A stretch of 64,000 nt of DNA. It comes from an uncultured Gemmatimonadales bacterium. Its GTDB lineage: Bacteria > Gemmatimonadota > Gemmatimonadetes > Longimicrobiales > RSA9. The stretch spans positions 128,001 through 192,000 of the forward strand of contig CAWFKH010000004.1 of NCBI GenBank assembly GCA_963816355.1. The letters run 5' to 3'. Below, in pieces: positions 10,096-20,096 of this stretch. The translations under genes and the position numbers were made by a program. The notes beneath the pieces were generated by a model. It was not told the DNA's origin and made no database searches. It was given only the letters and a program-made list of their open reading frames with translations. Positions within the stretch are counted from its first letter, which is position 1. Each line of letters opens with the position of its first letter.

Positions 10096-11141
10096 GGTTC
10101 ACGACGCCCGCCGCCGACGCCCTCGAGGTCCGCGGGCGGCTGCTCCGCTTCGCCGTCGCGCTGGCCGTCATCACGGCGCTCGGCACGGCGGGCTACATGC
10201 TGCTCGAAGGCTGGGGGCTGATCGACGCCCTCTACATGGTCGTGATCACCCTCTCGACCGTCGGGTTCCGCGAGGTGAACCCGCTCTCGGAGCCGGGCCG
10301 CCTCTTCACGATCGCGCTCATCGTGGCCGGCGTCAGCAACGTCGCCTACCTCGTCAGCGCGGCCGGCGAGTACATCGTGAGCGGCGCGTTCCGGGGCTCA
10401 CTGCGGAGGCAGCGCATGCAGAAGGAGATCGACCGGCTCGCCGGCCACTACATCGTGTGCGGCTACGGCCGCGTCGGGCGACAGGTGGCCGAGGACCTCG
10501 AGCGGCGCGACAAGCCGTTCGTCCTCGTCGAGTCGGACGCCGCCGTCCTCGGCGGCATCACCGCGCAGCGCGCCACGATCAACGGCGACGCCGCCGACAA
10601 CGAGGTGCTGAAGAGCGCCGGCATCGAGCGCGCGCGCGGCCTCGTCGCGACCACCGGCGACGACGCCAACAACGTCTTCATCACCCTGACCGCGCGCGCG
10701 CTGAATCCGCGCCTGACCATCGTGGCCCGCAGCAACACGCCCTCGACCGAGCAGAAGCTGATCGACGCCGGCGCGAGCCACGTCATCTCGCCCTTCACGA
10801 TCGCCGGCCGCCGCATCTCCGCGCAGCTCCTCTACCCCTCGATCACGGACTTCCTCGACGTCGTCGTGCAGGCGGGCGGCGTCGAGTTGGCGATGGAGGA
10901 GATCCGCGTGGGGCCCGGCAGCGCGCTGGAGGACGAGAGCATCGGTGAGGCGGCCGTCCGCTCGCGCACCGGCGCCAACGTGCTCGCCATCCGCTCCTTA
11001 CCCGACACCGCCTTCGTCACCAACCCGCCACCCGACTTCCGCTTCCGCTCCGGCGACCTGCTCGTCGCGCTCGGCACGCCCGACCAGCTCCGCACGCTCG
11101 CCGAGCTCGCCGGCGAGCGCCGCGCCCTCGACCAGCGGTGA
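10092..11141 (+). CDS. Potassium channel with TrkA-N/TrkA-C (RCK) domains
   Basis: TLSTVGFREV filter, HYIVCGYGRVG, C-terminal RCK_C; GTGA overlap with the ROK gene. Confidence 0.9.
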   Translation: MRFTTPAADALEVRGRLLRFAVALAVITALGTAGYMLLEGWGLIDALYMVVITLSTVGFREVNPLSEPGRLFTIALIVAGVSNVAYLVSAAGEYIVSGAFRGSLRRQRMQKEIDRLAGHYIVCGYGRVGRQVAEDLERRDKPFVLVESDAAVLGGITAQRATINGDAADNEVLKSAGIERARGLVATTGDDANNVFITLTARALNPRLTIVARSNTPSTEQKLIDAGASHVISPFTIAGRRISAQLLYPSITDFLDVVVQAGGVELAMEEIRVGPGSALEDESIGEAAVRSRTGANVLAIRSLPDTAFVTNPPPDFRFRSGDLLVALGTPDQLRTLAELAGERRALDQR

Positions 11142-12055
11142 GGTTCACCGTCCTCGGCGCCGGCGGCGTGGGCGGCTACTACGGCGCCCTCCTCGCCCGT
11201 GCCGGCAACGACGTCGCCTTCCTCGCCCGCGGCGCCAACCTCGCCGCGCTGCGCGAGCGCGGCGCCGAGATCCGCACGCCCGCAGACACGCCCGGGGAGC
11301 GGTTCCACGCGCGCATCGCCGCGTACGAGGACGCCGCGCGCCTGCCCCCATGCGACGTCGCGATCGTCGCCGTCAAGTCCTACGCGCTCGACGACGTCGC
11401 GCCCGCCGCGCGCCGGGCGGCGGAGGGCGGCGCCGCCGTGCTGCCGCTCCTCAACGGCGTCGACATCGTCGACCGCCTCGCGGCGTCCGGCGTGCCGCGC
11501 GACGCGCTGCTGGCGGGGCTAACCTACATCAGCGCGGTGCGCGCCGCGCCCGGCGTCTTCGAGCGCCGCAGCCCTTTCCAGCGCGTCGTCGTGGGCGAGC
11601 CGGAGGGCGCCGTCTCGGAGCGCGCCCGCGCGGTCGCCGCCGCGTTCGCGCACGCCGGCGCCGACGCGACCGCATCCGGCGACATCGCACTCGAGCTGTG
11701 GCGCAAGTTCGTCTTCCTCGTCGCCATGTCGGCCGCGTGCGGTCTGTCCCGCGCGCCGATCGGAGCGCTGCGCGAGCGGCCGCTCGGGCCGCGCCTGCTC
11801 GAGCGCGCGGTCGCGGAGGCCGCCGCCGTCGCCCGCGCCCGCGGCGTGCCCTTCGACGGCGACGAGGAGCGCGGCGCGCTGGAGCGGCTGCGCGGCCTGC
11901 CGGGCGCGATGAAGCCGAGCTTCCTGCTCGACGTCGAGGCGGGCGGCGCGACGGAGCTCGACACCCTCAGCGGCGCCGTGGCGCGGCTGGGGGCGGCGGC
12001 CGGCATCGAGACGCCGATCCACGACGCCGCCGTCGCCGCGCTCGGCGGCGCGTAG
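11138..12055 (+). CDS. panE: 2-dehydropantoate 2-reductase
   Basis: GAGGVGG, VAVKSY, LLNG, LWRKF, SFLLD...TELD. Confidence 0.88.
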   Translation: MRFTVLGAGGVGGYYGALLARAGNDVAFLARGANLAALRERGAEIRTPADTPGERFHARIAAYEDAARLPPCDVAIVAVKSYALDDVAPAARRAAEGGAAVLPLLNGVDIVDRLAASGVPRDALLAGLTYISAVRAAPGVFERRSPFQRVVVGEPEGAVSERARAVAAAFAHAGADATASGDIALELWRKFVFLVAMSAACGLSRAPIGALRERPLGPRLLERAVAEAAAVARARGVPFDGDEERGALERLRGLPGAMKPSFLLDVEAGGATELDTLSGAVARLGAAAGIETPIHDAAVAALGGA

Positions 12056-12186
12056 GCCGCCCGCGCCTTGTCGCGACGCGGCCCTCGTTGCACATTGCGA
12101 GCGCGCCGCGCCCGCGGCCCGACCATCGCCGGCTCCCTCCGCTTTCCGAGCCGGGACCCCGACAACCGTAGCGAAAAGGTCCTGCC

Positions 12187-15100
12187 ATGTCCGCGACCCC
12201 CACGCAATGGCGGCGTGCAGCCGCCTCCTTCGCGGCCGCCGCGCTCGCGTTCGGCCTGGTGCCGCTCGTGGCGCCGCGCCCGGCCCGCGCGGCCACCCTT
12301 GGCGTCGCCGGCTCCGCGGCCGCCACGCGCGCCGCGCTCCAGCAACAGGACGCGGCACGGGACACGACGAAGAACGGCAAGAAGAAGAAGAAGGACCTGC
12401 CGCTGGAGCCGGCCCGCACGATCTCGTTCACGACGACGCGCGGCACGTGGCTCTCGCTCGACGTCTCGCCGGACGGCCGCACGATCGTCTTCGACATGCT
12501 CGGCGACCTGTACACGCTGCCGATCGAGGGCGGCCGGGCGACGCGGCTGACGAGCGGTCTGGCCTACGACGCGCAGCCGCGCTTCAGCCCGGACGGCAAG
12601 CGCATCGTGTTCGTCTCGGACCGCAGCGGCGGCGAGAACCTGTGGATCCAGTCGCTGGACGGGCGCGACACGCTGCAGCTCACGAAGGGAGACGACGACG
12701 ATTACCTGTCGCCGGAGTGGACGCCGGACGGGAAATACATCGTCGCATCGAAGGGCGCCGGCTCGCTGCCCAACCTCTGGCTCTTCAACGTGGAAGGCGG
12801 CACCGGCCTGGCGCTGACGAAGGACGCCCCGGACACGCCGCGCCAGAACCGGCGCAAGGACGTGGGCGCTGCGTTCGGACCGGACGGCCGCTACATCTGG
12901 TATGCGACCCGCCGCGGCGCCTGGGAGTACAACGCGATCCTGCCGCAGTACCAGCTCCAGGTGTACGACCGCCGGACCGGCGAGAGCTCGACGATGACCG
13001 ACCGCTACGGCTCCGCGTTCCGGCCGACGCTCTCGCCCGACGGCAAGTGGCTCGTCTACGGCACGCGCCACGAGGCCGACACCGGGCTGCGCATCCGCGA
13101 ACTCGCCAGCGGCGAGGAGCGCTGGCTCGCCTACCCTGTCCAGCGCGACGACCAGGAGTCCGTCGCACCGCTCGACGTGCTCCCCGGCATGGCCTTCACA
13201 CCGGACTCGAAGGCGCTCGTCGTCTCCTACGGCGGCGAGATCTGGAAGCTGCCGGTCGACGGATCGGCGCCCGCGAGGATTCCCTTCACCGCGGACGTCG
13301 CCGCCCAGCTCGGGCCGCTCTCCCACTTCGACTACCGCGTCGACGACGCGGCGACCTTCGATGCGCACCAGATCCGCGACGCCGTCCCCTCGCCCGACGG
13401 GCGGCGCCTCGCCTTCACCTCGCTCGACCACCTCTACGTCATGGACTGGCCGGACGGCACGCCGCGCCGGCTGACGGACCTCGAGCTCGGCGAGGCGGAG
13501 CCGGCGTGGTCGCCCGACGGGCGCTGGATCGCCTTCGCGAGCTGGAGCGACCGCGGCGCCGGCGGCCTGTGGCGCGTGCGCGCCGACGGGCGCGCGAAGG
13601 CGGAGCGCCTCACGGGCACGAGCGGCTATTACCGGCAGCCCGCGTGGTCGCCGGACGGCGCCCGCATCGTCGCGCTGCGCGCCGCCGGGCGCGTGCGGCA
13701 ACGCGCCAGCTCGTTCTTCGACGCGCTCGGCTCCGAATTCGTGTGGGTCCCCGCCACGGGCGGCGAGGTGACGGTGATCGCGCCGGTCGAGGGCCGCGAG
13801 CACCCGCACTTCACCTCCGACGCGTCGCGCATCTGGGCCTATTCGTCGCGCGACGGCCTCGTCTCCTTCCGCTGGGACGGCACCGACGTGCGCCACCACC
13901 TGAAGGTGACGGGCGGCCGCACGCCGGGCGCGACGCAGCCGATGCGCGCGGACCTCGCGCTGATCGCGCCACGGGGCGACCAGGCGCTCGTCCAGGTGAA
14001 CAGCGACCTCTACGTCGTCGCCGTGCCGCAGGTCGGCGAGGAGGCGCCCACGATCTCCGTGGCGAATCCCGAGAACGCCGCGATGCCGGTGCGCAAGCTG
14101 ACCGACATCGGCGGCGAGTTCCCCGCCTGGAGCGCCGACGGCCGCTCCGTCCACTGGTCGATCGGCAACGCGCACCTCGTCTACGACCTCGACCGCGCCC
14201 GGGCCTTCGAGGACAGCGCGCGCGACGCCGCGCGCGAGCGCGCCGATGCCCAGCCCGACTCCGCGGCGAAGCCGGACTCCGCCGCGGCGGCGAAGTACCG
14301 GCCTCTCGAGCGGCGCGTCGTGGTGCGCGCCACGCGCGACCTGCCGAAGGGGACCGCCGTGCTGCGCGGCGCGCGCGTCGTCACGATGAAGGGGGACGAG
14401 GTGATCGACGACGCGGACCTCGTCGTGCGCGACGACCGCATCGTCGCCGTCGGCCCGCGCGGACAGGTGGAGGTGCCCGCGGACGCGAAGGTGATCGACG
14501 TCGCCGGCAAGACGATCGTGCCCGGCTTCGTCGACACGCATTACCACACGCAGTGGCTGGTGCCCGAGATCCACAGCTCGCAGGTTTGGCAGTACCTCGC
14601 CACGCTCGCCTACGGCACCACCACGACGCGCGACCCGCAGACCTCGACCACCGACGTGCTCACCTACGAGGACCGCGTCGAGACCGGCGCGATGCTCGGA
14701 CCGCGCATCTTCTCGACCGGCCCCGGCGTCTTCTCCAGCGAGCTGATCAAGAGCTACGAGCAGGCGAAGGACGTGCTCGAGCGCTACAGCCGCTATTACG
14801 ACACCGAGACGCTGAAGATGTACATGACCGGCAACCGCCGGCAGCGGCAGTGGGTCATCATGGCCGCGAAGGAGCTGGGGCTCACGCCCACCACCGAGGG
14901 CGGCCTCGACCACGAGCTCGACCTCACGCACATCCTCGACGGCTACGCCGGCGTCGAGCACGCGCTGCCGATCGAGCCGAAGTACGACGACGTCGTCCGG
15001 CTGCTCGCCGAGTCCGGCACCGTCAACACGCCCACCCTCCTCGTCTCCTACGGCGGGCCGTGGGCCGAGGACTACTTCTACACGACCACGAACGTCCACG

Positions 15101-15633
15101 GCGACGCGAAGCTGAGCCACTTCACGCCGCACGAGGAGCTCGACGCCAAGACGCGGCGCCGCGGCCAGGGCGCCGGCGGCTCGCCCGGCCCCGGCGGCTG
15201 GTTCATGAAGGACGAGTACGTCTTCCCGCTGCACGCGAAGTTCGCCAAGGACGTCGTCGACGCGGGCGGCAAGGTGGGGATCGGCAGCCACGGCCAGCTC
15301 CAGGGCCTCGGCTACCACTGGGAGATGTGGGCGATGGCGAGCGGCGGCATGACCAATCACGAGGTGCTGCGCGCCGCCACCCTCTTCGGCGCCCAGGCGA
15401 TCGGGCTCGACCGCGACATCGGCTCCATCGAGACGGGCAAGCTCGCCGACCTCGTCGTCCTCGACGCCAACCCGCTCGAGGACATCCACAACACCGACAC
15501 GATCCGCTACGTCATGCGCGGCGGCCGGCTCTACGCCGGCGACACGCTCGACGAGGTGTGGCCGCGCCAGCGCGAGCTGCCCGCCCAACTCTGGAGGGAG
15601 GCGGAGCCGGCGACCGCGGCCGGCATCCACTAG
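12187..15633 (+). CDS. Secreted amidohydrolase with PD40/TolB-like beta-propeller repeats
   Basis: Repeated P.WSPDG motifs; PGFVDTHYH, GSHG, GSIETGKLADLVVLDANP; signal peptide. Confidence 0.9.
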   Translation: MSATPTQWRRAAASFAAAALAFGLVPLVAPRPARAATLGVAGSAAATRAALQQQDAARDTTKNGKKKKKDLPLEPARTISFTTTRGTWLSLDVSPDGRTIVFDMLGDLYTLPIEGGRATRLTSGLAYDAQPRFSPDGKRIVFVSDRSGGENLWIQSLDGRDTLQLTKGDDDDYLSPEWTPDGKYIVASKGAGSLPNLWLFNVEGGTGLALTKDAPDTPRQNRRKDVGAAFGPDGRYIWYATRRGAWEYNAILPQYQLQVYDRRTGESSTMTDRYGSAFRPTLSPDGKWLVYGTRHEADTGLRIRELASGEERWLAYPVQRDDQESVAPLDVLPGMAFTPDSKALVVSYGGEIWKLPVDGSAPARIPFTADVAAQLGPLSHFDYRVDDAATFDAHQIRDAVPSPDGRRLAFTSLDHLYVMDWPDGTPRRLTDLELGEAEPAWSPDGRWIAFASWSDRGAGGLWRVRADGRAKAERLTGTSGYYRQPAWSPDGARIVALRAAGRVRQRASSFFDALGSEFVWVPATGGEVTVIAPVEGREHPHFTSDASRIWAYSSRDGLVSFRWDGTDVRHHLKVTGGRTPGATQPMRADLALIAPRGDQALVQVNSDLYVVAVPQVGEEAPTISVANPENAAMPVRKLTDIGGEFPAWSADGRSVHWSIGNAHLVYDLDRARAFEDSARDAARERADAQPDSAAKPDSAAAAKYRPLERRVVVRATRDLPKGTAVLRGARVVTMKGDEVIDDADLVVRDDRIVAVGPRGQVEVPADAKVIDVAGKTIVPGFVDTHYHTQWLVPEIHSSQVWQYLATLAYGTTTTRDPQTSTTDVLTYEDRVETGAMLGPRIFSTGPGVFSSELIKSYEQAKDVLERYSRYYDTETLKMYMTGNRRQRQWVIMAAKELGLTPTTEGGLDHELDLTHILDGYAGVEHALPIEPKYDDVVRLLAESGTVNTPTLLVSYGGPWAEDYFYTTTNVHGDAKLSHFTPHEELDAKTRRRGQGAGGSPGPGGWFMKDEYVFPLHAKFAKDVVDAGGKVGIGSHGQLQGLGYHWEMWAMASGGMTNHEVLRAATLFGAQAIGLDRDIGSIETGKLADLVVLDANPLEDIHNTDTIRYVMRGGRLYAGDTLDEVWPRQRELPAQLWREAEPATAAGIH

Positions 15634-15702
15634 CCGGTCGCCGGAGCGGATCGGGGGGGCGGGGCGGATCGCCGCGGAATCCCGCTGGCGACCCGGGCGA
15701 GG

Positions 15703-17307
15703 CTAGCGGCCGCGCCCGCGCACGCGCCACTTCGCCGCGGAGGCGAAGGGGCCGTTGAGGTCGACGTCGACGCCGTCGATGCGGCGCCCGACGACCGCGA
15801 TGCGCGGGACGTAGACGGTGTAGACGATCGGGACGTCGGTGGCGACGCGCCGCTGCAGCGCGCGATAGAGGTCGCGGCGCGCGGTCGGCTCGACCGTGGT
15901 GCGGAGCGCATCGAGGAGCGAGTCGACCTCGGCGTTCGCGTACGACTCGAGGTTGCTGTCGCCGCCGGAGTGCAGCTCCGCGTACGGGATCGGGTTGACG
16001 ACGAGCGTCGGCGTGAAGCCGACGGCCATGGCCTGCGGCCGCTTCGCCGGGTCGAGGATCGTCGCGTAGAACGTGGCGGCCTCGAGGAGCTGGAGGCGCG
16101 CGTCGAAGCCGACGCGACGCAGCTGCGACTGCACGATGGTGAGCGTCGTCTGGTAGTTCTGCGGCCCGGCGATGGTGACGCGGAGCGGCGCGCCGGCCGC
16201 GTCGTGGCGGATGCCGTCGCGGTCGATCGTGCGCCAGCCGGCGCTGTCGAGCGCCGCGACCGCGCGCGCGGAGTCGTCGTCCGGCTGCGCCGCGCCGGGG
16301 TCGATGAGCGGACTGCCCAGTGGCAGGAACGTGGTGGCCACGCCGGCGGCGGGCGCGATCGCGTCCGCGATGTCCGCGCGGCGCAGGGCGGCGGAGAAGG
16401 CGCGTCGCACGCGCGCGTCGTCCAGCGGCGCCTGGCGCAGGTCCGGGATGATCACCTGCGACGCGGCGGGCGGCAGAGGCAGCGTGCGCACGCCGGGCGA
16501 GCCGGCCACCTCGGAGGCGACGCCCGCGCCGGCGATGCACAGGTCGACCGATCCCGTCTTCACCTCGACCACGAGCGTGGCGACCTCCGGGATCGCGCGG
16601 AAGACGATGCGGTCGAGCGCCGCCGCCCCCAGCGCGGCGGGGAACGCCGCATACCGCACGAAGGTGAGCGTGCCGTCCGCCGCCCGCCCGGCGAAGCGGA
16701 ACGGCCCGCTGCCCACGGGATTCCGGTTGTACGCGGCGCGCGCGAGGCGCTGCGGCGGGATCGTGTCGAGCAGGTGGCGCGGCAAGATCGGTAGCGCGGC
16801 GAGCGGCTCGACGCCGGCGATGAACGGGCTGCGGAACGTCACGGTCACGGTCGTCGTGTCCGGAGCCGCGATCGAGTCGACGCCCGCGAGGTCGGCGCTG
16901 CCCCAGTAGCCGTACGCCGTGTCGGTCGCCGCGCGCAGCGTCCACGCCACGTCCGCCGCGGTGAGGCGCTGGCCGTCGTGCCACGTCACGTCGTCGCGGA
17001 TCGTGAGCGTGAGCCGGCGCCGCTCGTCGTCCCACTTCCACGACGATGCGAGGTACGGCCGGAACTCGGTGCCGTCGTAGAGCACCAGCGGCGTGTAGAG
17101 CAGCAGCCGCAGATCGGAGGAGAGCTGGTCCGGCGAGACGAACGGGTCGAGGCTCGCCGGCTGCGCCGGGCCGCAGACGACGGCAGTGCCGCCGGCCGCG
17201 CCGCCCGCTCCGGCGCCGCCGGAGCCGCCGCCTTCGCGGCAGCCGCCCGCCGCGAGCACGGCGAGCGCGGCCGGCAGCAGCACGCGCCACGCGTCGCGCG
17301 CCCTCAC
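15703..17307 (-). CDS. ABC transporter substrate-binding lipoprotein, family 5 (peptide/nickel)
   Basis: Lipobox LAAGGC, SLDP, TWHDGQRLTAADVAWT, NPVGSGPF, DARVRRAFS; GTGA overlap with the upstream ATPase. Confidence 0.88.
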   Translation of the reverse strand: MRARDAWRVLLPAALAVLAAGGCREGGGSGGAGAGGAAGGTAVVCGPAQPASLDPFVSPDQLSSDLRLLLYTPLVLYDGTEFRPYLASSWKWDDERRRLTLTIRDDVTWHDGQRLTAADVAWTLRAATDTAYGYWGSADLAGVDSIAAPDTTTVTVTFRSPFIAGVEPLAALPILPRHLLDTIPPQRLARAAYNRNPVGSGPFRFAGRAADGTLTFVRYAAFPAALGAAALDRIVFRAIPEVATLVVEVKTGSVDLCIAGAGVASEVAGSPGVRTLPLPPAASQVIIPDLRQAPLDDARVRRAFSAALRRADIADAIAPAAGVATTFLPLGSPLIDPGAAQPDDDSARAVAALDSAGWRTIDRDGIRHDAAGAPLRVTIAGPQNYQTTLTIVQSQLRRVGFDARLQLLEAATFYATILDPAKRPQAMAVGFTPTLVVNPIPYAELHSGGDSNLESYANAEVDSLLDALRTTVEPTARRDLYRALQRRVATDVPIVYTVYVPRIAVVGRRIDGVDVDLNGPFASAAKWRVRGRGR

Positions 17308-19994
17308 GGCCGCGCGCTCTCCACCTCGCCCGCCACGGCGCCGAGAGAGGAGAGGAAGTCGGACGCGCGGCGGCCCATCGGCTCGGCGCCGAGCGCCTCG
17401 AAGGCGGAGAGCGCCTCGCGCGCGATCGCGGCGCCGCGCACCGCGTCCTCCCGCGCCACGAGCTGCCCGCGGTAGAGGCGGAAGGTCGCCCAGACGAAGC
17501 GGTCGTGCATCAGCAACTGCGGCTCCGCCTCGTCCATGAGGCGCACCGCCTCCGCCACGTCGCCGTCGTGCTCGGCCAGCCGGGCGGCGAGCATCTGCAG
17601 CGCCTCGCGGCTGTCGCTCCACGTCTCCGGCTCCTCGACGCGCCCGCGCGCCTCCGTCTCCGCGGCACGCGCGCCGTCGACGTCGCCGCGTTCGAGCCGG
17701 ATCGTGCCCAGCCCGCAAAGCGCGACCACCTCGGCGTTCCAGTAGCCGGTCTCGCGCGCGAGCTGGAGCAGCTCCTGCCAGCACGCCTCGGCCGCTTCCG
17801 TGTCGCGCTTCGCCTGATGGAGCTCGGCGAGGCTCTGCAACGGCGAGATGAGACGGGCGGATGCGTCGATGCGACGCCGGATGCGCACCGCCTCCCTGAG
17901 GTTCTCTTCCGCCCGCTCCCACTCGCCACGGCGGGTGAGGAGCACGCCGAGGTTGCCGCGCACGGACGCGGACATGTTCGGGTTGCCGACCTTGCCGAAG
18001 GCGGCGGTCGCGCCGTCGAACGCGGCGGCGGCCGCCGCGTAGTCGCCGCGCATGATGTTGTTGATCGCGATGCAGTTGTGGCAGCGGCCGGCGCGCTCGA
18101 GGTCGCCCAGCTCGTCGTAGAGGCGCAGCGCCTCGTCGAACTCGACGATCGCCTCCGCCGACGCGCCGAGCATCATGTGGGCGATGCCGAGATAGTGGCG
18201 TCCCTTCGCGATCAGCTCGTTGTCGCCGCTCCGCACGGCGATCGCGAGCGCCTCTCGCGCCAGGCGCAGATCCTCCTTCTCGCCGGTGCCCGGCAGGTCG
18301 ATCCGGTTCCACAGGATGTGGCACAGCTCCACGTCCGAGCCGAGCGCGCGCGCCTCCTCCGCGAGCGCCGCCATCCAGCGCAGCAGCTCCGGCGCCGGGC
18401 GCGCTCCATGGTCCCGCTCGACGAGGAGCGCCTTGCGCTTCAGCTTGAGCGCGCGCAGCGCGTCGCCGATCGTCTCCGCCTCCGCGCGCGCGCGCCCGAG
18501 CACGTCGAGCGCCTCCTCGAAGCGCCCCACCACCCACTCCTCCTCGCCGAGCCGCTCCAGCGCGAGCGCCTTGCGCTCCGCGTCCTGCGCGTTGCGCAGC
18601 GCGCGCCGCAGCAGGTCGATCGCGTCGAAGTGCGCGTACAGGCGCGCGGCCCGGTCGGCGGCGAGCACCGCGAAGTCGAACGCCCGCTCCGGCTGGCGGC
18701 CGAGGTCGAAATGGACGGCGAGACGGTGGGAGATCGGACCGGCGTCGCTCGCGTACACGCCTTCCAGGATCTCCGCCATCTTGCGGTGCAGCAGGATCCG
18801 CCGCTTGCCCTGCAGGTTGTTGTGCAGCACGTCCTGGATGAGTGAGTGGCTGAACTGGTATATGCTGGCGATGTCGCCGTTCGGCAGGTCCCGCGTCTCC
18901 GTCATGCGGACCAGGCGGTGGACGCGCGAGAGCGGCTCCATCGCCTCCTCCAGCTCCAGCTCGTCCGCGCCCAGCAGCGCCGCGAGCGCCACCGAGTCGA
19001 ACTCGTTCCCCTGCACGCTCGCGTATTCCACGATCCTGTACGTCTCAGCGTCGAGCCGCGTCAGGCGCTTCTCGATCGTGCTCGCCGCCGAGCGAGGTAC
19101 CTCGATCTCCGCCGGCACCGTCTCGAGCCGCCATTCGCCGCGCGCTTCACGGGCGTGCCCCTGCTCCACCAGCCAGTGCAGCAGCTCCGAGAAGAACAGC
19201 GGGTTCGTGCCCGCGCGCCCGTCCAGCCACTCCAGCAGGTGAGACGACGGCGGCGCGCCGAGCTCGAGCCGCACCAGCTCCCCGAGCGCGCCGCGGTCCA
19301 GCGGCTCGAGCGCGATCTCCTCCGCGAGACGGTAGCGCTCCAGCTCCAGCTTCGCGTCGCGGATCGGATGGCCGGACACGTGCACGTCCGCGGCGCGGTA
19401 CGTCCCCACGATCATCACCCGCTCGCGCTCGATCTTGCGCGCGATGTGCGACAGCAGCGCGACCGTCGCCCGGTCCGCCCAGTGCAGATCGTCGATGAAG
19501 AGGAGGATCGGCTGCGCGGCCGCCGCCGCGAAGAACAGCTCCGTGTACTGGAAGAAGAGCGCTTCCTCGCTCGGCGCCGCGCCGCCCGCCACCTCCAGCC
19601 CGCTGCGCAGCTCCGTCGCCGTCGACATCGCCGCCGAGAGGAGCTGCCCCGCCACCGGCAGCGTCGCCACCCAGTACGGTGCCAGCTCCTTCGCCAGCTC
19701 GCGCAGGCTCCGCTTCGAACGCGCCGCCGGCTCCGCCGTCACCAGGTCGCGGAACGCCTCCACAAACGGCTGGTACGGCTCGCCCGCGCCGTACTGCTCC
19801 GAACAGAGCGCGCGGATCACCCGCGCATCCGGAGCGCGCGACCCCGCCCGCTCGAGAAACGCCTCGATCAGCGTGCTCTTCCCCGCCCCCGCGTCGCCGC
19901 TGATGAACACGACGCGCCCCGCCCCGCCCAGCACGCCGTCGAGCCGGCCCACGAGCTGACCGAGCTCCGCTTCCCGTCCTACGAATGAAGCCAT
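17304..19994 (-). CDS. STAND-like AAA ATPase with C-terminal TPR repeats
   Basis: FVGREAEL, Walker A GDAGAGKS, Walker B LLFIDDLHWAD, GTNPLF, YQFSHSLIQD, followed by TPR-like helical repeats. Confidence 0.85.
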   Translation of the reverse strand: MASFVGREAELGQLVGRLDGVLGGAGRVVFISGDAGAGKSTLIEAFLERAGSRAPDARVIRALCSEQYGAGEPYQPFVEAFRDLVTAEPAARSKRSLRELAKELAPYWVATLPVAGQLLSAAMSTATELRSGLEVAGGAAPSEEALFFQYTELFFAAAAAQPILLFIDDLHWADRATVALLSHIARKIERERVMIVGTYRAADVHVSGHPIRDAKLELERYRLAEEIALEPLDRGALGELVRLELGAPPSSHLLEWLDGRAGTNPLFFSELLHWLVEQGHAREARGEWRLETVPAEIEVPRSAASTIEKRLTRLDAETYRIVEYASVQGNEFDSVALAALLGADELELEEAMEPLSRVHRLVRMTETRDLPNGDIASIYQFSHSLIQDVLHNNLQGKRRILLHRKMAEILEGVYASDAGPISHRLAVHFDLGRQPERAFDFAVLAADRAARLYAHFDAIDLLRRALRNAQDAERKALALERLGEEEWVVGRFEEALDVLGRARAEAETIGDALRALKLKRKALLVERDHGARPAPELLRWMAALAEEARALGSDVELCHILWNRIDLPGTGEKEDLRLAREALAIAVRSGDNELIAKGRHYLGIAHMMLGASAEAIVEFDEALRLYDELGDLERAGRCHNCIAINNIMRGDYAAAAAAFDGATAAFGKVGNPNMSASVRGNLGVLLTRRGEWERAEENLREAVRIRRRIDASARLISPLQSLAELHQAKRDTEAAEACWQELLQLARETGYWNAEVVALCGLGTIRLERGDVDGARAAETEARGRVEEPETWSDSREALQMLAARLAEHDGDVAEAVRLMDEAEPQLLMHDRFVWATFRLYRGQLVAREDAVRGAAIAREALSAFEALGAEPMGRRASDFLSSLGAVAGEVESARP

Positions 19995-20096
19995 GTCGGA
20001 AAACTAATGGCGCCCGGCCCGCGGCGCCCCCTTCCCGCAGGGCCGGCGCCCGCCCACGCGGACGCCGGCCGTCACACCCGAGTCGGCTTCAGACGC

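Noticed and set aside
15634..15702. Intrinsic terminator between convergent genes
   Set aside because: An imperfect GC stem (ggtcgcc/ggcgacc) exists but has a large loop and no U-tract; too weak to call.
11524..15758. Very long alternative ORFs (e.g. 11524-15630 minus, 12207-15758 plus, 53292-56738 plus, 47153-49513 minus)
   Set aside because: Arg/Pro/Ala-rich shadow frames of well-supported genes, expected at this GC content.
15703..18537. 944-aa ORF as one protein
   Set aside because: The first ~410 aa shadow the ATPase-TPR gene; the binding protein starts near 17307 with a lipobox.
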